A stretch of DNA of 40,786 nt from Verrucomicrobiaceae bacterium (GTDB taxonomy: Bacteria; Verrucomicrobiota; Verrucomicrobiia; Verrucomicrobiales; Verrucomicrobiaceae): the NCBI GenBank assembly GCA_028293175.1, contig JAQGPI010000620.1, positions 1-40,786 on the forward strand. Direction: 5' to 3'. The notes under the pieces were generated by a model. It worked only from the letters and a program-made list of their open reading frames with translations, was not told the origin of the DNA and did no database searches. Below are positions 23,007 through 32,661 of this stretch, in pieces (position 1 is the first letter of the stretch; each line of letters opens with the position of its first letter). The position numbers and the translations under genes were made by a program.

Positions 23007-24317
23007 ATGCAATTCACCGCCAAAAAAAGCCTCGGTCAGAACTTCCTCCAAGACCAGGAGGTGGCGCGCTGGATTGGCGATCAGGTACAGCCTGATGATG
23101 CACCGCTCGTGGTCGAAATTGGCCCCGGGCAGGGGGCGCTCACCCACTTCCTTCTGGGACGACCCAAGAAGCTCGTGCTGGTGGAAAAGGACGATGAACT
23201 TGCCGACGCGTTGCGCATCCGTTTCAAAGACCGTACAGATGTGGAACTGCGCCGAGAAGACGCCACGCGCCTGGACATGCGGCCCTGGTACAAGCATGGC
23301 GGAGTCAAAGTGGTGGGCAACCTCCCCTACTCCGTGGGCAGCGAGATCCTGCGGGTGATGACCACTCCGCCCACGCCGGTCACCTGCGCCGTCTTCATGC
23401 TGCAAAAGGAAGTCTGCCAACGCCTTGCCGCCACCATTGATTCCGACAGTTATGGTGCACTAAGCATTCTAGTGCAGGCCGACTGGAACGTGGAGTTTTT
23501 GCGCGTGGTCGGACCCGAGGTCTTCATCCCCCGCCCTCGTGTGGACAGCGCCGTCATCCGCATGACCCCGCGCAAGCCGGGCAGCCTGCCGGTGTGTGAC
23601 CGTGCCATTTTCCATCGTCTCGTTCGCGCCGGATTCAGCCAGCGTCGCAAGCAGTTGAAGAACCTCCTGCCCGAGGTGCCGCATGGCGGATGGGAAGCGC
23701 TCGCCTCATCGCTCAAAGCCAGCCTCACCACCCGCGCGGAGGAGCTAACACTCGCTCAATGGGTGGATATGGCCCGCTGGTACGAAGGCCGCCGCGATGC
23801 CGACAAAGGTCAGAAGGCCTCGGAGATGTTCGATGTTGTCAATGATGCCAACGAAGTCATCGGCCAGAAGACGCGGGGCGAAGTCCATGCCACTGGCCTG
23901 AAGCACCGCGCCGTGCATGTCTTCGTGTTTAACAAGCACGGGGATGTCTATTTGCAGAAGCGCAGCCACCTCAAGGACGTGCATCCCCTGGTGTGGGACA
24001 GCAGCGCCGCCGGCCATCTCGATGTGGGTGAAAGCTACGCCGCCTGCGCCTTGCGCGAGGGCAAGGAAGAGCTCGGGATTGATCTCGAAATGACGACCAA
24101 GGCCGCCGACATTCCTGCCACCGAACGCACCGGCATGGAGTTCGTGGAACTACATACCGCCCACCACAACGGCCCCATGCGCTATGCTCCCGATGAAATC
24201 GACTGCGGTGAATGGTTCAAGCCAGCAGTCGTCGGGGAATGGGTCAACACCAGGCCGCAGGACTTTGCCACGGGTTTCATCGAATGCTGGCGAGCTTGGG
24301 AAGCCGCCAACCCCTGA
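23007..24317 (+). CDS. rsmA: 16S rRNA (adenine1518/1519-N6)-dimethyltransferase RsmA/KsgA fused to a C-terminal Nudix hydrolase domain
   Basis: N-terminal ~265 aa: KKSLGQNFLQD, VVEIGPGQGALT, GNLPYSVGS, FSQRRKQLKN and TRAEELTLAQW. C-terminal domain from about nt 23829: HRAVHVFVFNKHGDVYLQKRS and the Nudix box GHLDVGESYAACALREGKEELGI. There is no stop codon between the two parts. Confidence 0.9.
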   Translation: MQFTAKKSLGQNFLQDQEVARWIGDQVQPDDAPLVVEIGPGQGALTHFLLGRPKKLVLVEKDDELADALRIRFKDRTDVELRREDATRLDMRPWYKHGGVKVVGNLPYSVGSEILRVMTTPPTPVTCAVFMLQKEVCQRLAATIDSDSYGALSILVQADWNVEFLRVVGPEVFIPRPRVDSAVIRMTPRKPGSLPVCDRAIFHRLVRAGFSQRRKQLKNLLPEVPHGGWEALASSLKASLTTRAEELTLAQWVDMARWYEGRRDADKGQKASEMFDVVNDANEVIGQKTRGEVHATGLKHRAVHVFVFNKHGDVYLQKRSHLKDVHPLVWDSSAAGHLDVGESYAACALREGKEELGIDLEMTTKAADIPATERTGMEFVELHTAHHNGPMRYAPDEIDCGEWFKPAVVGEWVNTRPQDFATGFIECWRAWEAANP

Positions 24318-25142
24318 TTACTTTGTCAGAAAGCGGGTACAAATCCCCTCCCCTGCGATCACCGCAGGGATTTGCTCGGCATGGCGGCCACTGGCGATGA
24401 TGCATTGCACCCCGCCATTCACCGCGTCCTGCACAGCACGCAGCTTGGAGCCCATGCCGCCGGTGCCGAGCTGACTCTTGTTTTCACTGGCGTGATGAAT
24501 GACCGCATCCACATCCTCGACCACGGCGATAGGGCCATCCTGCGGACGCGAAGGATCGCGCAGCAGGCCAGGGGCGCTGGTGAGCAGCAACAACACATCG
24601 GCCTTCCACAGCAAGGCGACCTGAGAGGATAGCTTATCGTTGTCGCCAAAGCGCAATTCCTCAATCGCCACGCTGTCATTCTCATTGATCACCGGCACCA
24701 CTTGAGGAAACTCCAACAAACGAAGCAAAGTATTGCGCACGCGCTCGGCGCGATCCGCATTGCCGAGGTCTTCATGAGTGAGCAGCAATTGAGCAACATG
24801 CAGACCGTGGTCGCGCAGCAGGCCCTCATAGGCATGCATGAGGTGAGTCTGCCCCACGGCGGCACAGGCCTGTAGCGTGGTCATATCGGAAGGGCGCTCC
24901 TTCAGTGCCATGGGACGAAGGCCGGAGGCCACGGCGCCGCTGCTGACGACCACACAGGAGTGCCCCTGTTGTTTCAGGATGGCGATAGCTTCTACGAGCT
25001 TGCGCAACTGCACGGGATCGGGCTCCACGCTGTTGAGCCTGGTGAGAATGCCGGAACCAAATTTCAATACGATGCGCTTGCCGCTGGTCATGAGGAGACG
25101 CGGAATATGCTGCGGCAATGCGCCGTGGCAAGCCCAGGACAT
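24318..25142 (-). CDS. proB: glutamate 5-kinase (short form, no PUA domain)
   Basis: Motifs KRIVLKFGSGILT, VVVSSGAVASG, FGDNDKLSSQVALL...LLLLTSAPGL and GTGGMGSKLRAV. The start is either 25142 (directly after the permease stop) or 25091 (MTSGKRIV). Confidence 0.92.
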   Translation of the reverse strand: MSWACHGALPQHIPRLLMTSGKRIVLKFGSGILTRLNSVEPDPVQLRKLVEAIAILKQQGHSCVVVSSGAVASGLRPMALKERPSDMTTLQACAAVGQTHLMHAYEGLLRDHGLHVAQLLLTHEDLGNADRAERVRNTLLRLLEFPQVVPVINENDSVAIEELRFGDNDKLSSQVALLWKADVLLLLTSAPGLLRDPSRPQDGPIAVVEDVDAVIHHASENKSQLGTGGMGSKLRAVQDAVNGGVQCIIASGRHAEQIPAVIAGEGICTRFLTK

Positions 25143-26465
25143 TTACTCGTGCCGCAATGCTTCCACCGGGTTCATCATCGCTGCGCGACGGGCCGGATAG
25201 ATGCCGAAGGCAATGCCGGTGAACACAGAAATGGAGAAGGCCAGCGTGGGTGCCCACGGCTGGATGACCGTGGTAACGCCCGCAAAGTGACTGATCGCTG
25301 TAGGAATGGCTAGACCGAGCAGTACACCCATCACACCACCTGCACCGGACAAAATAATGGTTTCGACAAGAAACTGCACCACGATGTCTGACTGCTTGGC
25401 ACCAAGTGCGCGCCGGATGCCGATTTCGCGGGTGCGTTCAGTCACGCTGGCGAGCATGATGTTCATGATGCCAATGCCGCCGACCAGCAGTGAAATGGCG
25501 GCGATGGAGCCCAGTACGATGCTGAAGATTTCCTTGGTCCGCTCCGCTTGTCGCAATAGCTCGATGGGCACAATGATGCGCCAGTCGTCCTTTTTGTGAT
25601 TGGTGTTGATCACATGCTTCACCGCATCGGCGCGGCTCATCACCTGGTTCAATTCCTTCACGCGGATCACAGCCTCGTGATACTCGACTTTTTCCGCTTC
25701 AAAGCCGCCCGAACGAAAGCGGAAGAAGGTCTCGCCGTACTGGTCCATCAGCGTCGAAAAAGGAATCAGCATCTGCGTGGTGGTGGCATTGCTAGGACCG
25801 CTAGAACCTGTTGAATCCGCCGCGCGGCCTTCGTCTTCGATGATGCCTATTACGTGGTAGTAGTTCCCACGCACGCGTACCGCCTTGCCCATGGGCGTAT
25901 TAAGCGGGAAGAGTTTGGCGGCAAGCGACTCATTGAGGACGCAGACCGGAAGGCGCTCGCTTAGCTCCATTTCCGTGAAGAACCGGCCGCCGACCAATCG
26001 ACGGTGGCGCATCTCGGGATAAATGGGCAGGGCGCCTACAATCTGGGAATCCTCCTTGCGGTCGAAGTTCCACACCATGTCATTGATGAAGCGGCTGGGC
26101 ACTACGATGGAGATGCCGGGCACAGTCTGCTTGATCTGCATGATGTCGCGTGCAGTGATGCCATAGTCGATCACCATGCTGCGCGTTTCATTCGTGCCGC
26201 CAGCGCTGTCCGAAGGCTTCACGCTTTGCAGGATGATGTTCTGGCTGCCCAGCTTACGAATCTGCTCCTGTGCCTCGTGGCTGGCGCCTTCGCCAATTGC
26301 CAGCATCGCCACCACGGATGCCACGCCGAACACTACGCCCAGCGCGGTGAGGAAAGAGCGCAGCTTATGCAGCCAAATGCTCTTCGTCCCCATGGACATG
26401 GTGCGCAACAAGTGCTGCGGAGACAGCGCAAGGCGGAGCATGGGGCTATTGGCGAGAAACGACAT
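25143..26465 (-). CDS. ABC transporter permease, MacB/FtsX type
   Basis: From ATG 26465: LHKLRSFLTALGVVFGVASVVAML, a large periplasmic domain, and the FtsX C-terminus TREIGIRRALGAKQSDIVVQFLVETIILSGAGG. Confidence 0.9.
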   Translation of the reverse strand: MSFLANSPMLRLALSPQHLLRTMSMGTKSIWLHKLRSFLTALGVVFGVASVVAMLAIGEGASHEAQEQIRKLGSQNIILQSVKPSDSAGGTNETRSMVIDYGITARDIMQIKQTVPGISIVVPSRFINDMVWNFDRKEDSQIVGALPIYPEMRHRRLVGGRFFTEMELSERLPVCVLNESLAAKLFPLNTPMGKAVRVRGNYYHVIGIIEDEGRAADSTGSSGPSNATTTQMLIPFSTLMDQYGETFFRFRSGGFEAEKVEYHEAVIRVKELNQVMSRADAVKHVINTNHKKDDWRIIVPIELLRQAERTKEIFSIVLGSIAAISLLVGGIGIMNIMLASVTERTREIGIRRALGAKQSDIVVQFLVETIILSGAGGVMGVLLGLAIPTAISHFAGVTTVIQPWAPTLAFSISVFTGIAFGIYPARRAAMMNPVEALRHE

Positions 26466-26469
26466 CGGG

Positions 26470-27240
26470 CTACGCAGTCTGGAGTTCTCTTTCCGCCCGC
26501 TCCGTTTTTCTTCGTTCAGCGGCAGCTCCCGGTTCGTCCTTATCAAGGTAACCGTCGCGCAGACGGATCACCCGGGTGCAGCGCTGGACCATGCGTTCAT
26601 CGTGGGTCACAAACACCAGCGTCTTGCCCTGGCGATTAAGTTCATCGAAAGCCTCAAGGATCTCCTGACCGCTTTTGGAGTCGAGGTTGCCGGTGGCTTC
26701 ATCTGCCAGAATTACCAGTGGATCATTAGCCAAAGCACGCGCGATAGCGACGCGTTGCTGCTGGCCGCCGGAGAGCTCCGTGGGGCGGTGGTACAACCGA
26801 TGGGAGAGGCCCACCTGGGTGGCGAGGCGAACCGCGATCACTCGCATGTCGCTGTCCTTCATGCCCCGGTAATACATGGGCACCTCAATGTTTTCCACTA
26901 CGGAGAGTTGCTGGATCAAATTGTAACTCTGGAAGATAAAGCCCAGCTTCCTGCAGCGCTCGGCGGAAAGCGTATCATCATCCAGGTGTGCCACATTTTG
27001 CCCGCCCAGGATGTAATCACCAGTGGTAGGCTGGTCCAGGCAACCCAGAAGGTTCAGTAGGGTAGACTTGCCGCATCCGGAGGGCCCCATGATGCAGACA
27101 TACTCGCCGGGATAAATATCTAGCGAGAGGCCCTGTAGCACGTGTGAGGTGATGTCGCCCATCTGGTAGCTTTTACGGATGTCCCGCAGGCTGATGATAG
27201 GCTCGCCTATCCCGTGGTGCGGGGCTCTGGGTAAACTCAT
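26470..27240 (-). CDS. ABC transporter ATP-binding protein (MacB/LolD-like)
   Basis: Walker [16 protein letters not shown], signature [15 protein letters not shown], Walker [12 protein letters not shown] and H-loop VTHD. Confidence 0.95.
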   Translation of the reverse strand: MSLPRAPHHGIGEPIISLRDIRKSYQMGDITSHVLQGLSLDIYPGEYVCIMGPSGCGKSTLLNLLGCLDQPTTGDYILGGQNVAHLDDDTLSAERCRKLGFIFQSYNLIQQLSVVENIEVPMYYRGMKDSDMRVIAVRLATQVGLSHRLYHRPTELSGGQQQRVAIARALANDPLVILADEATGNLDSKSGQEILEAFDELNRQGKTLVFVTHDERMVQRCTRVIRLRDGYLDKDEPGAAAERRKTERAERELQTA

Positions 27241-27254
27241 GAGCTTGGCTTGAC

Positions 27255-29048
27255 TCAGTTCTTGGCGACAGCCTTCGAGGGCTTCTTCGCTTTGGGATCA
27301 CTGTGCCCAGGCTCTGGTGAGGCAGTGGGCTCAGCAGCGTCAAGCGTGGTACGCTTCGGAATCGTCAGTGCTACATTCTCACCCGATTGCAGGCCGTCCT
27401 TCACTTCTATGAAATCGTCATTGAAGGAGCCTGTCTTGATTTCGCGGCGCTCCAGTTCAGAGCCGTTGTTCACGTAGCAGAAGTGATGGTCCTGATCGAC
27501 CTCGATGGACTGCACTGGCACATAGAGAATGTCGTCGAGCTGATTGATGATCACCTCCACCTTGGCGTTCATCCCTGGCTTAAGCCAGTCATGCACGCCA
27601 TCAATATGTATTGTACATGGATACACTTTCAAATTCGGCGTGTAGCGGGAGCTGGTGGAATCCGGCAGCACGGCGATTTCCGCCACCTTGCCCGCCAGCA
27701 CCTTGCTCGGCTCGGCATCCACGCGGACGACAGCGCCCTGCTCAATCTTCACCTTTTTCACCTGCGACTCATGGATCGCCACATGCACACCCATGTGGGT
27801 CATGTCAGGAATGGTAAGGATGGTCTGGCGCAGGCGCACGGCGGCACCTTCTTCGATCGGCTCGTTGAAGCGAGGGCCATTGTTGATTGGGCCGTAGGCG
27901 ACAAGGCCCGGCTGCACCGCCTTGATCACGCAGGCATTTAACTGGCGCTCCAGATCTTCCTTCTTCGCCAGCTCCATGTCGTAGCGGCGCTTTGCCGTCT
28001 GGAACTTGGACTCCGCCTGGGCAAGACGGGAACGATTGGTGCGAATCATGCGCTGAAGCTTCTGCAAGGCCTGCTGGTAAGCAGAGAGCAACTGCTCACA
28101 CTGCTTGGGGAACTCGTACTTGCGGAATAGGTCGAGCGATGTCTCCGCAGTCTTCACCGACAACTCCACTTTCTCAAAGTTCACGCGGTCATTTTCCAAC
28201 GCCGCCTTGTTGATGAAATCCTTGGCGGCGAGGCGTTCGGAAGCTTCCACCGTTTGCTTGGACACCGCCGTTTCTGACCTGTGCAACAGCAGCTCGTCGT
28301 TGAGCTGGCGTAGCGTCTGCTGCGCCTGGCCGTCCGTGCTGGTATTGCCATCCAGCAGCTTGAGGAAATCCATGCGCTGCATTGGGATAGGAGCCGTCTT
28401 TGGCTGGGGAAGTTTGACTGCGGCCTTTACTTTGACCACCGTCTCTTTGTCCCCGGGCCTGGCACGCGCTATCGCATTCACACTCGCCTCTAGGCTATCC
28501 ACGCTTTTTTCAAACGCCTCCACCGTCTCCGGCAGGCCACGAGATTTGAGCAGGGCGCTGGCTGCTGCCTTGCTCAGGTACTTCTCGAAGTCCATCAAGG
28601 CGAACAGCGCCGTGTTCTTCGTGTCGACCACGAGGCTCTGGTTCTCGCTTTTTACGATCTCGCGGTTTTCGTCCGCATCGATGTAATTGGACACCGTGGT
28701 TTGGAAGTCGATGTCGTGGGTGGTGATCTTGTCCTTGATGTCGGAACCGTCGAGCTCGACGAGCACCTTGCCATCCTTCACGTCTTCTTCAGTGATCTGA
28801 TAGCCTTCAGGAATCAGGCTCAAAATCTTCGTCGGCGTTTCGATCTCTGATTTGACCTCGTAGTTCTTCAACGCCCGGATTTCACCGCCCTGCAGCACAT
28901 TGATCTGAAGGGTGCCGCGCTGCACCATGAAGGTGGGCACATCACCAAGCGCCGAGTCTCCATGGCGCGACTTCGCGATGACAATCGCGGCGATCACCGC
29001 GCCAGTCACCCCCACGACCCACCAACGCTTATTTCCAAGCTTAATCAT
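27255..29048 (-). CDS. HlyD/MacA-family periplasmic adaptor, unusually long (597 aa)
   Basis: N-terminal TM segment WWVVGVTGAVIAAIVIA, an extended coiled-coil middle and C-terminal barrel-like segments. The start overlaps the TolC-like gene stop by 8 nt. Confidence 0.85.
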   Translation of the reverse strand: MIKLGNKRWWVVGVTGAVIAAIVIAKSRHGDSALGDVPTFMVQRGTLQINVLQGGEIRALKNYEVKSEIETPTKILSLIPEGYQITEEDVKDGKVLVELDGSDIKDKITTHDIDFQTTVSNYIDADENREIVKSENQSLVVDTKNTALFALMDFEKYLSKAAASALLKSRGLPETVEAFEKSVDSLEASVNAIARARPGDKETVVKVKAAVKLPQPKTAPIPMQRMDFLKLLDGNTSTDGQAQQTLRQLNDELLLHRSETAVSKQTVEASERLAAKDFINKAALENDRVNFEKVELSVKTAETSLDLFRKYEFPKQCEQLLSAYQQALQKLQRMIRTNRSRLAQAESKFQTAKRRYDMELAKKEDLERQLNACVIKAVQPGLVAYGPINNGPRFNEPIEEGAAVRLRQTILTIPDMTHMGVHVAIHESQVKKVKIEQGAVVRVDAEPSKVLAGKVAEIAVLPDSTSSRYTPNLKVYPCTIHIDGVHDWLKPGMNAKVEVIINQLDDILYVPVQSIEVDQDHHFCYVNNGSELERREIKTGSFNDDFIEVKDGLQSGENVALTIPKRTTLDAAEPTASPEPGHSDPKAKKPSKAVAKN

Positions 29049-30729
29049 GTTTTCCTCGCGGACTCTCCTTTGCCAATACGTCTTCCCAGCGGCCGTCTTT
29101 CTTGATGAACAAGATTCCCATGTCCTTCCAGAACTGGATGCGTGCGATGGTGTGATTCACCAGAGCGTCGCCCAGATCATCGTAAGCTGAGATCAGGGCC
29201 GCCTGCGCATCAATCAAATCACGCGCCTGATTGCGGCCTTCCGCATCATAGCTCTCTTCACGGGCAAGGCGCACGGTGTTGAGTTTGATGCTCTCCTGGG
29301 CCAGCCCATACTGCTGACGCGCGAGCTCCAGATTGCGCCATGAGGTGCGCACATCCTTGCGCACATTTTCCTCTGCCAAGTCCAGGGTACGGCGAGCTTT
29401 CTGCTCCGCAATTTGGGCAGCGCGCAGGTCATTGCGCACCGGTGTCTGATCCAGGTGAAGGTCCAAATTCAGGCCGGCCTGGAAATTACGATGGTCATCG
29501 CTCAATCTCACGGCATTTGCGCTGCGGTTGCCTGCGGCCGTGTAACCTGCTGTTACGTCCAGAGTGGGTAAAAGCTCCTGCTTGGCCACTTTCACATGAC
29601 GTTCTGCATCCGCCAGCGAATCGCGCTCATTCCACAGGTCAAGACGGGTGGTGAGCGCCGTCTTCATGGCTTCATCGAGCGTACCGTGAGGATTAATCAG
29701 CTCTAATTTTTCGAGCTCCTTCTGTTCCAATAAAATGCGTTGGTTAACCGGCAGGCCCAGGGTAATTTTCAAGTCGTCCAACGCTACCTCGTAGTTGCGC
29801 ACGGCGTTCAGCCAGTTGCGGTTGTAGGTAAGCTTAGCCTGTTGCAGGAGCCCCAGAGAGGTGAGCGTGCGGCCGGGGCGGTTGGCTGCGGTCAACTCTG
29901 CTTGTTCTGGCAGCATCTTCTTAAATGCCTGGAAGGCTAGGAAGGCGTTATGGGCAACGGCACGAGCCTGCAGGGTCTTGTAATATTGGGAAGTGACGGA
30001 AATGGCAAAAGTCTTGCGGTACTGGGTAAAATCACGAATCGAATAGATCACATCGCGCTCGGCTTGTGTCAGCGGCTCGGTGACGGTCAGCGATCCAGCA
30101 CCGCGGAGCAGGGGCTGGGCAATGCTAGCAGCGAAGGTGGACCCGGCCCCGTTGCCACGCCCTCCCACTCCCAGATAACGTAGAACGTCAGAAGTAAAGT
30201 TGGTCACCAGCTTGGCACCCGTGCTTTGGAGCGCGGAAAAACCGACGTTACTGTTGGATGAAAAGGTATTCTGGGTAATGAGGCTGTTGATCGCCTGGTC
30301 ACTGGCATAACCAGCCTCGCCTTTTCCCACCGGCAAAAGCGCATACTGATGGCGCACTCCTGTAAGGTCTAGGGCTGCCAGATAAACCGTCTCCTTCTGG
30401 TCCAGATAGGTGCGGTTGCGCTCGACGCCATATTGCAAGGCATCGGCCAGGGTGAGCACCCGTGCATCCTTTTCCAAGTATGCCTTGTCGCCTAGGAAAT
30501 CAGCGGTGGTAAAGTTCCTTTTCAGCTTTTCCAGTGAAAGGGGTGCTGGTGCATTGATGTCGAACAATTCGTCCCCGGAATTGGGCACCTTGCTGGCCTT
30601 GGAACGGAGAATGCCGAACACTTCGCGGTCGGCCCATTTCTTGTGAAAATTGCCCGTGCAACCAGGCACGGCGCAGAGGAGCCCCAGCGCGAGGACGGGC
30701 AAAGCGTGACGAAACGAAAAAACAAACAT
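29041..30729 (-). CDS. TolC/NodT-family outer membrane efflux protein, probable lipoprotein
   Basis: 562 aa. Lipobox LLCAVPGC. Two OEP-type helical repeats (LTLADALQYGVERN..., QYGLAQESIKLNTVRL...). It is the first gene of the efflux operon. Confidence 0.85.
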   Translation of the reverse strand: MFVFSFRHALPVLALGLLCAVPGCTGNFHKKWADREVFGILRSKASKVPNSGDELFDINAPAPLSLEKLKRNFTTADFLGDKAYLEKDARVLTLADALQYGVERNRTYLDQKETVYLAALDLTGVRHQYALLPVGKGEAGYASDQAINSLITQNTFSSNSNVGFSALQSTGAKLVTNFTSDVLRYLGVGGRGNGAGSTFAASIAQPLLRGAGSLTVTEPLTQAERDVIYSIRDFTQYRKTFAISVTSQYYKTLQARAVAHNAFLAFQAFKKMLPEQAELTAANRPGRTLTSLGLLQQAKLTYNRNWLNAVRNYEVALDDLKITLGLPVNQRILLEQKELEKLELINPHGTLDEAMKTALTTRLDLWNERDSLADAERHVKVAKQELLPTLDVTAGYTAAGNRSANAVRLSDDHRNFQAGLNLDLHLDQTPVRNDLRAAQIAEQKARRTLDLAEENVRKDVRTSWRNLELARQQYGLAQESIKLNTVRLAREESYDAEGRNQARDLIDAQAALISAYDDLGDALVNHTIARIQFWKDMGILFIKKDGRWEDVLAKESPRGKHD

Positions 30730-30833
30730 CAGCGGAACAAAGGGGTTGCCCGCGCAGGCGAAAAGCGGGCGCAGAACTACGCCCCAGCTTAGGCGGTTCT
30801 ATCGGCGACTGGCTTCTTCTTGAACAACTTTTC

Positions 30834-32441
30834 TCAGCCGTTTGGCCGCATCAACTGTTCGGCGACACGCATGCCATCAACAGCGGCGGAAATGATGCCT
30901 CCGGCGTAGCCCGCGCCCTCACCGGCAGGATAGAATCCCCGGATGCCTATGCACTCACTGCTCGCCGGATCGCGGGGGATGCGCACAGGCGAGGAACTGC
31001 GCGTTTCCACGCCGATCATCACCGCATCATCCATGGCGAAACCAGGGATCTGCTTGTCGAGGCCCTTGATGGCTTCCTGCAAGGTCGCCACCACATAATC
31101 GGGCAGGCAGAGACGCAGATCCGTCCAGGTAACGCCCGGCAAGTAGGAAGGCGTCACAGATCCAGGACCCGTAGAGGGCCTGCCCGCCATGAAATCACCC
31201 AGCAACTGCGCGGGAGCCTTGTAATCGCCGCCGCCCACTTCGAACGCCTTGCGTTCCAGATTGCGTTGGAATTCGATGCCGGCTAGCGCCCCGGTACCGC
31301 CGAAATCGGCTTCGGTCACCTCCACCATGAAGCCGCTGTTGGCATTGGATTCCTCACGGGCGTAGCTGCTCATGCCATTGGTCACCACCATGCCCGCCTC
31401 GGAAGCGGAGCCCACTACGAGCCCCCCCGGGCACATGCAAAAGCTGTAGGCGGAGCGACCGGTGCTGCAATGCACCACAAATCGATAGGCCGCAGCCCCA
31501 AGCTTCGAGTGGCCGGAAAAACGACCGTATTGAGACTGGTCGATCACCTTCTGCGGATGCTCAATGCGCACGCCCACGGAAAACGGCTTGGCTTCGAACG
31601 GAACGCCATGCCTATGCAGCATCTCAAAGGTATCACGCGAACTGTGACCGATGGCGAAAACAAACTGATTAGACTCGATGACCTCCCCGGAGGCCAGTGT
31701 CACCGCTTTCATCACACTATCCTCAATCTTCACATCCGCGACACGCGATTCAAAGCGGACCTCGCCGCCTAGGGCGATGATTTCCTCGCGGATATGACGC
31801 ACCACCTTGATGAGGCGATCCGTGCCGATATGCGGGCGGTTGTTGACCAAAATATCTTCTGGCGCGCCGGCTTTAACGAGTTCGCGCAGCACCCAGGGAA
31901 TACGGTGCTCACGATCACGAATCTGTGTGTAGAGCTTGCCATCCGAAAAGGTGCCTGCACCGCCTTCGCCAAACTGCACGTTTGAATCAGGATTAAAGTC
32001 CCAGCCGCGACGCCAGAAACCCGTTACATCACGAGCGCGATCACCTGCGGCTTTGCCTCGCTCAAGCAAGATGGGATTCATCCCCTGCCGGGCTAGCAAC
32101 AGGCCAGCAAAGAGACCGCATGGACCCGTGCCAACCACCACTGGCCGGAAGTTTGCCGGAGGCACCCCAGGCATGCCTTCGAGCTGGGTGTACGACTCCT
32201 CTGGTGCCAGAGATACCCGCGAGTTCTTCACCATCCGACGCAGCACGCCTTCTTCTTCAAGGACTGAAACCAAGACCGTGTAGCTGAATTCCACGTTGCC
32301 TCGACGGGCATCAATGGCGCGCTGCTTGATTGCCAATGACCGGATGAAATGAAGCGGCACTCGCAGTTCCCGCGCTGCGGCAGCCTTAAGGGCTTCCTCA
32401 TCGTGGTCCAACACCATGCGTAACTGGCTGATCTGTAACAT
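30834..32441 (-). CDS. FAD-dependent oxidoreductase (COG2509-type uncharacterized flavoprotein)
   Basis: 535 aa. Dinucleotide fold VVVGTGPCGLFAGLLLARQG..LLERG. Also FSDGKLYT and a C-terminal YPAGEGAGYAGGI. Confidence 0.75.
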   Translation of the reverse strand: MLQISQLRMVLDHDEEALKAAAARELRVPLHFIRSLAIKQRAIDARRGNVEFSYTVLVSVLEEEGVLRRMVKNSRVSLAPEESYTQLEGMPGVPPANFRPVVVGTGPCGLFAGLLLARQGMNPILLERGKAAGDRARDVTGFWRRGWDFNPDSNVQFGEGGAGTFSDGKLYTQIRDREHRIPWVLRELVKAGAPEDILVNNRPHIGTDRLIKVVRHIREEIIALGGEVRFESRVADVKIEDSVMKAVTLASGEVIESNQFVFAIGHSSRDTFEMLHRHGVPFEAKPFSVGVRIEHPQKVIDQSQYGRFSGHSKLGAAAYRFVVHCSTGRSAYSFCMCPGGLVVGSASEAGMVVTNGMSSYAREESNANSGFMVEVTEADFGGTGALAGIEFQRNLERKAFEVGGGDYKAPAQLLGDFMAGRPSTGPGSVTPSYLPGVTWTDLRLCLPDYVVATLQEAIKGLDKQIPGFAMDDAVMIGVETRSSSPVRIPRDPASSECIGIRGFYPAGEGAGYAGGIISAAVDGMRVAEQLMRPNG

Positions 32442-32607
32442 TATGGAAAAGCTAAAAATGCCCAGAAGCTGGCATTAAGGCAAGCACCAAGACACTCAGG
32501 ATTCGTCTGAGATTCGTTTATTCATCACCGCACCTTTTTAGGACGAAAGCGTCTTTACACAATCCTGACAAATCTCCACTGCGGCAGAGGGTGACTTGAT
32601 GCTTAAC

Positions 32608-32642
32608 AACAAAAAAGCCGGCCCCTTTTGGGAACCGGCTTT
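32608..32642 (-). terminator. rho-independent terminator of the mcsB-clpC operon
   Basis: The minus strand reads aaagccggttcccaaaaggggccggcttttttgttg. The stem is agccgg/ccggct with inner ccc/ggg, followed by a T6 run. It lies about 20 nt after the clpC stop. Confidence 0.8.
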
Positions 32643-32661
32643 CATGTGAATGTCGAGTCGA

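Noticed and set aside
23829-24317. Calling the Nudix domain an isopentenyl-diphosphate isomerase because it sits next to dxr
   Set aside because: The IDI catalytic cysteine context (NSCCSHP) is replaced by DSSAAGH. Only a generic IDI-like Nudix hydrolase call is justified.
26004-27060. Plus-strand ORFs 26004..26639 and 26176..27060
   Set aside because: They are antisense to the ABC ATPase and permease genes and have no recognisable motifs. These are shadow ORFs.
30747-30770. Hairpin gcccgc-N12-gcgggc as the terminator of the flavoprotein gene
   Set aside because: The stem is only 6 bp, and on the minus strand it is followed by aacccctttgtt rather than a clear T-run. That is too weak to annotate.
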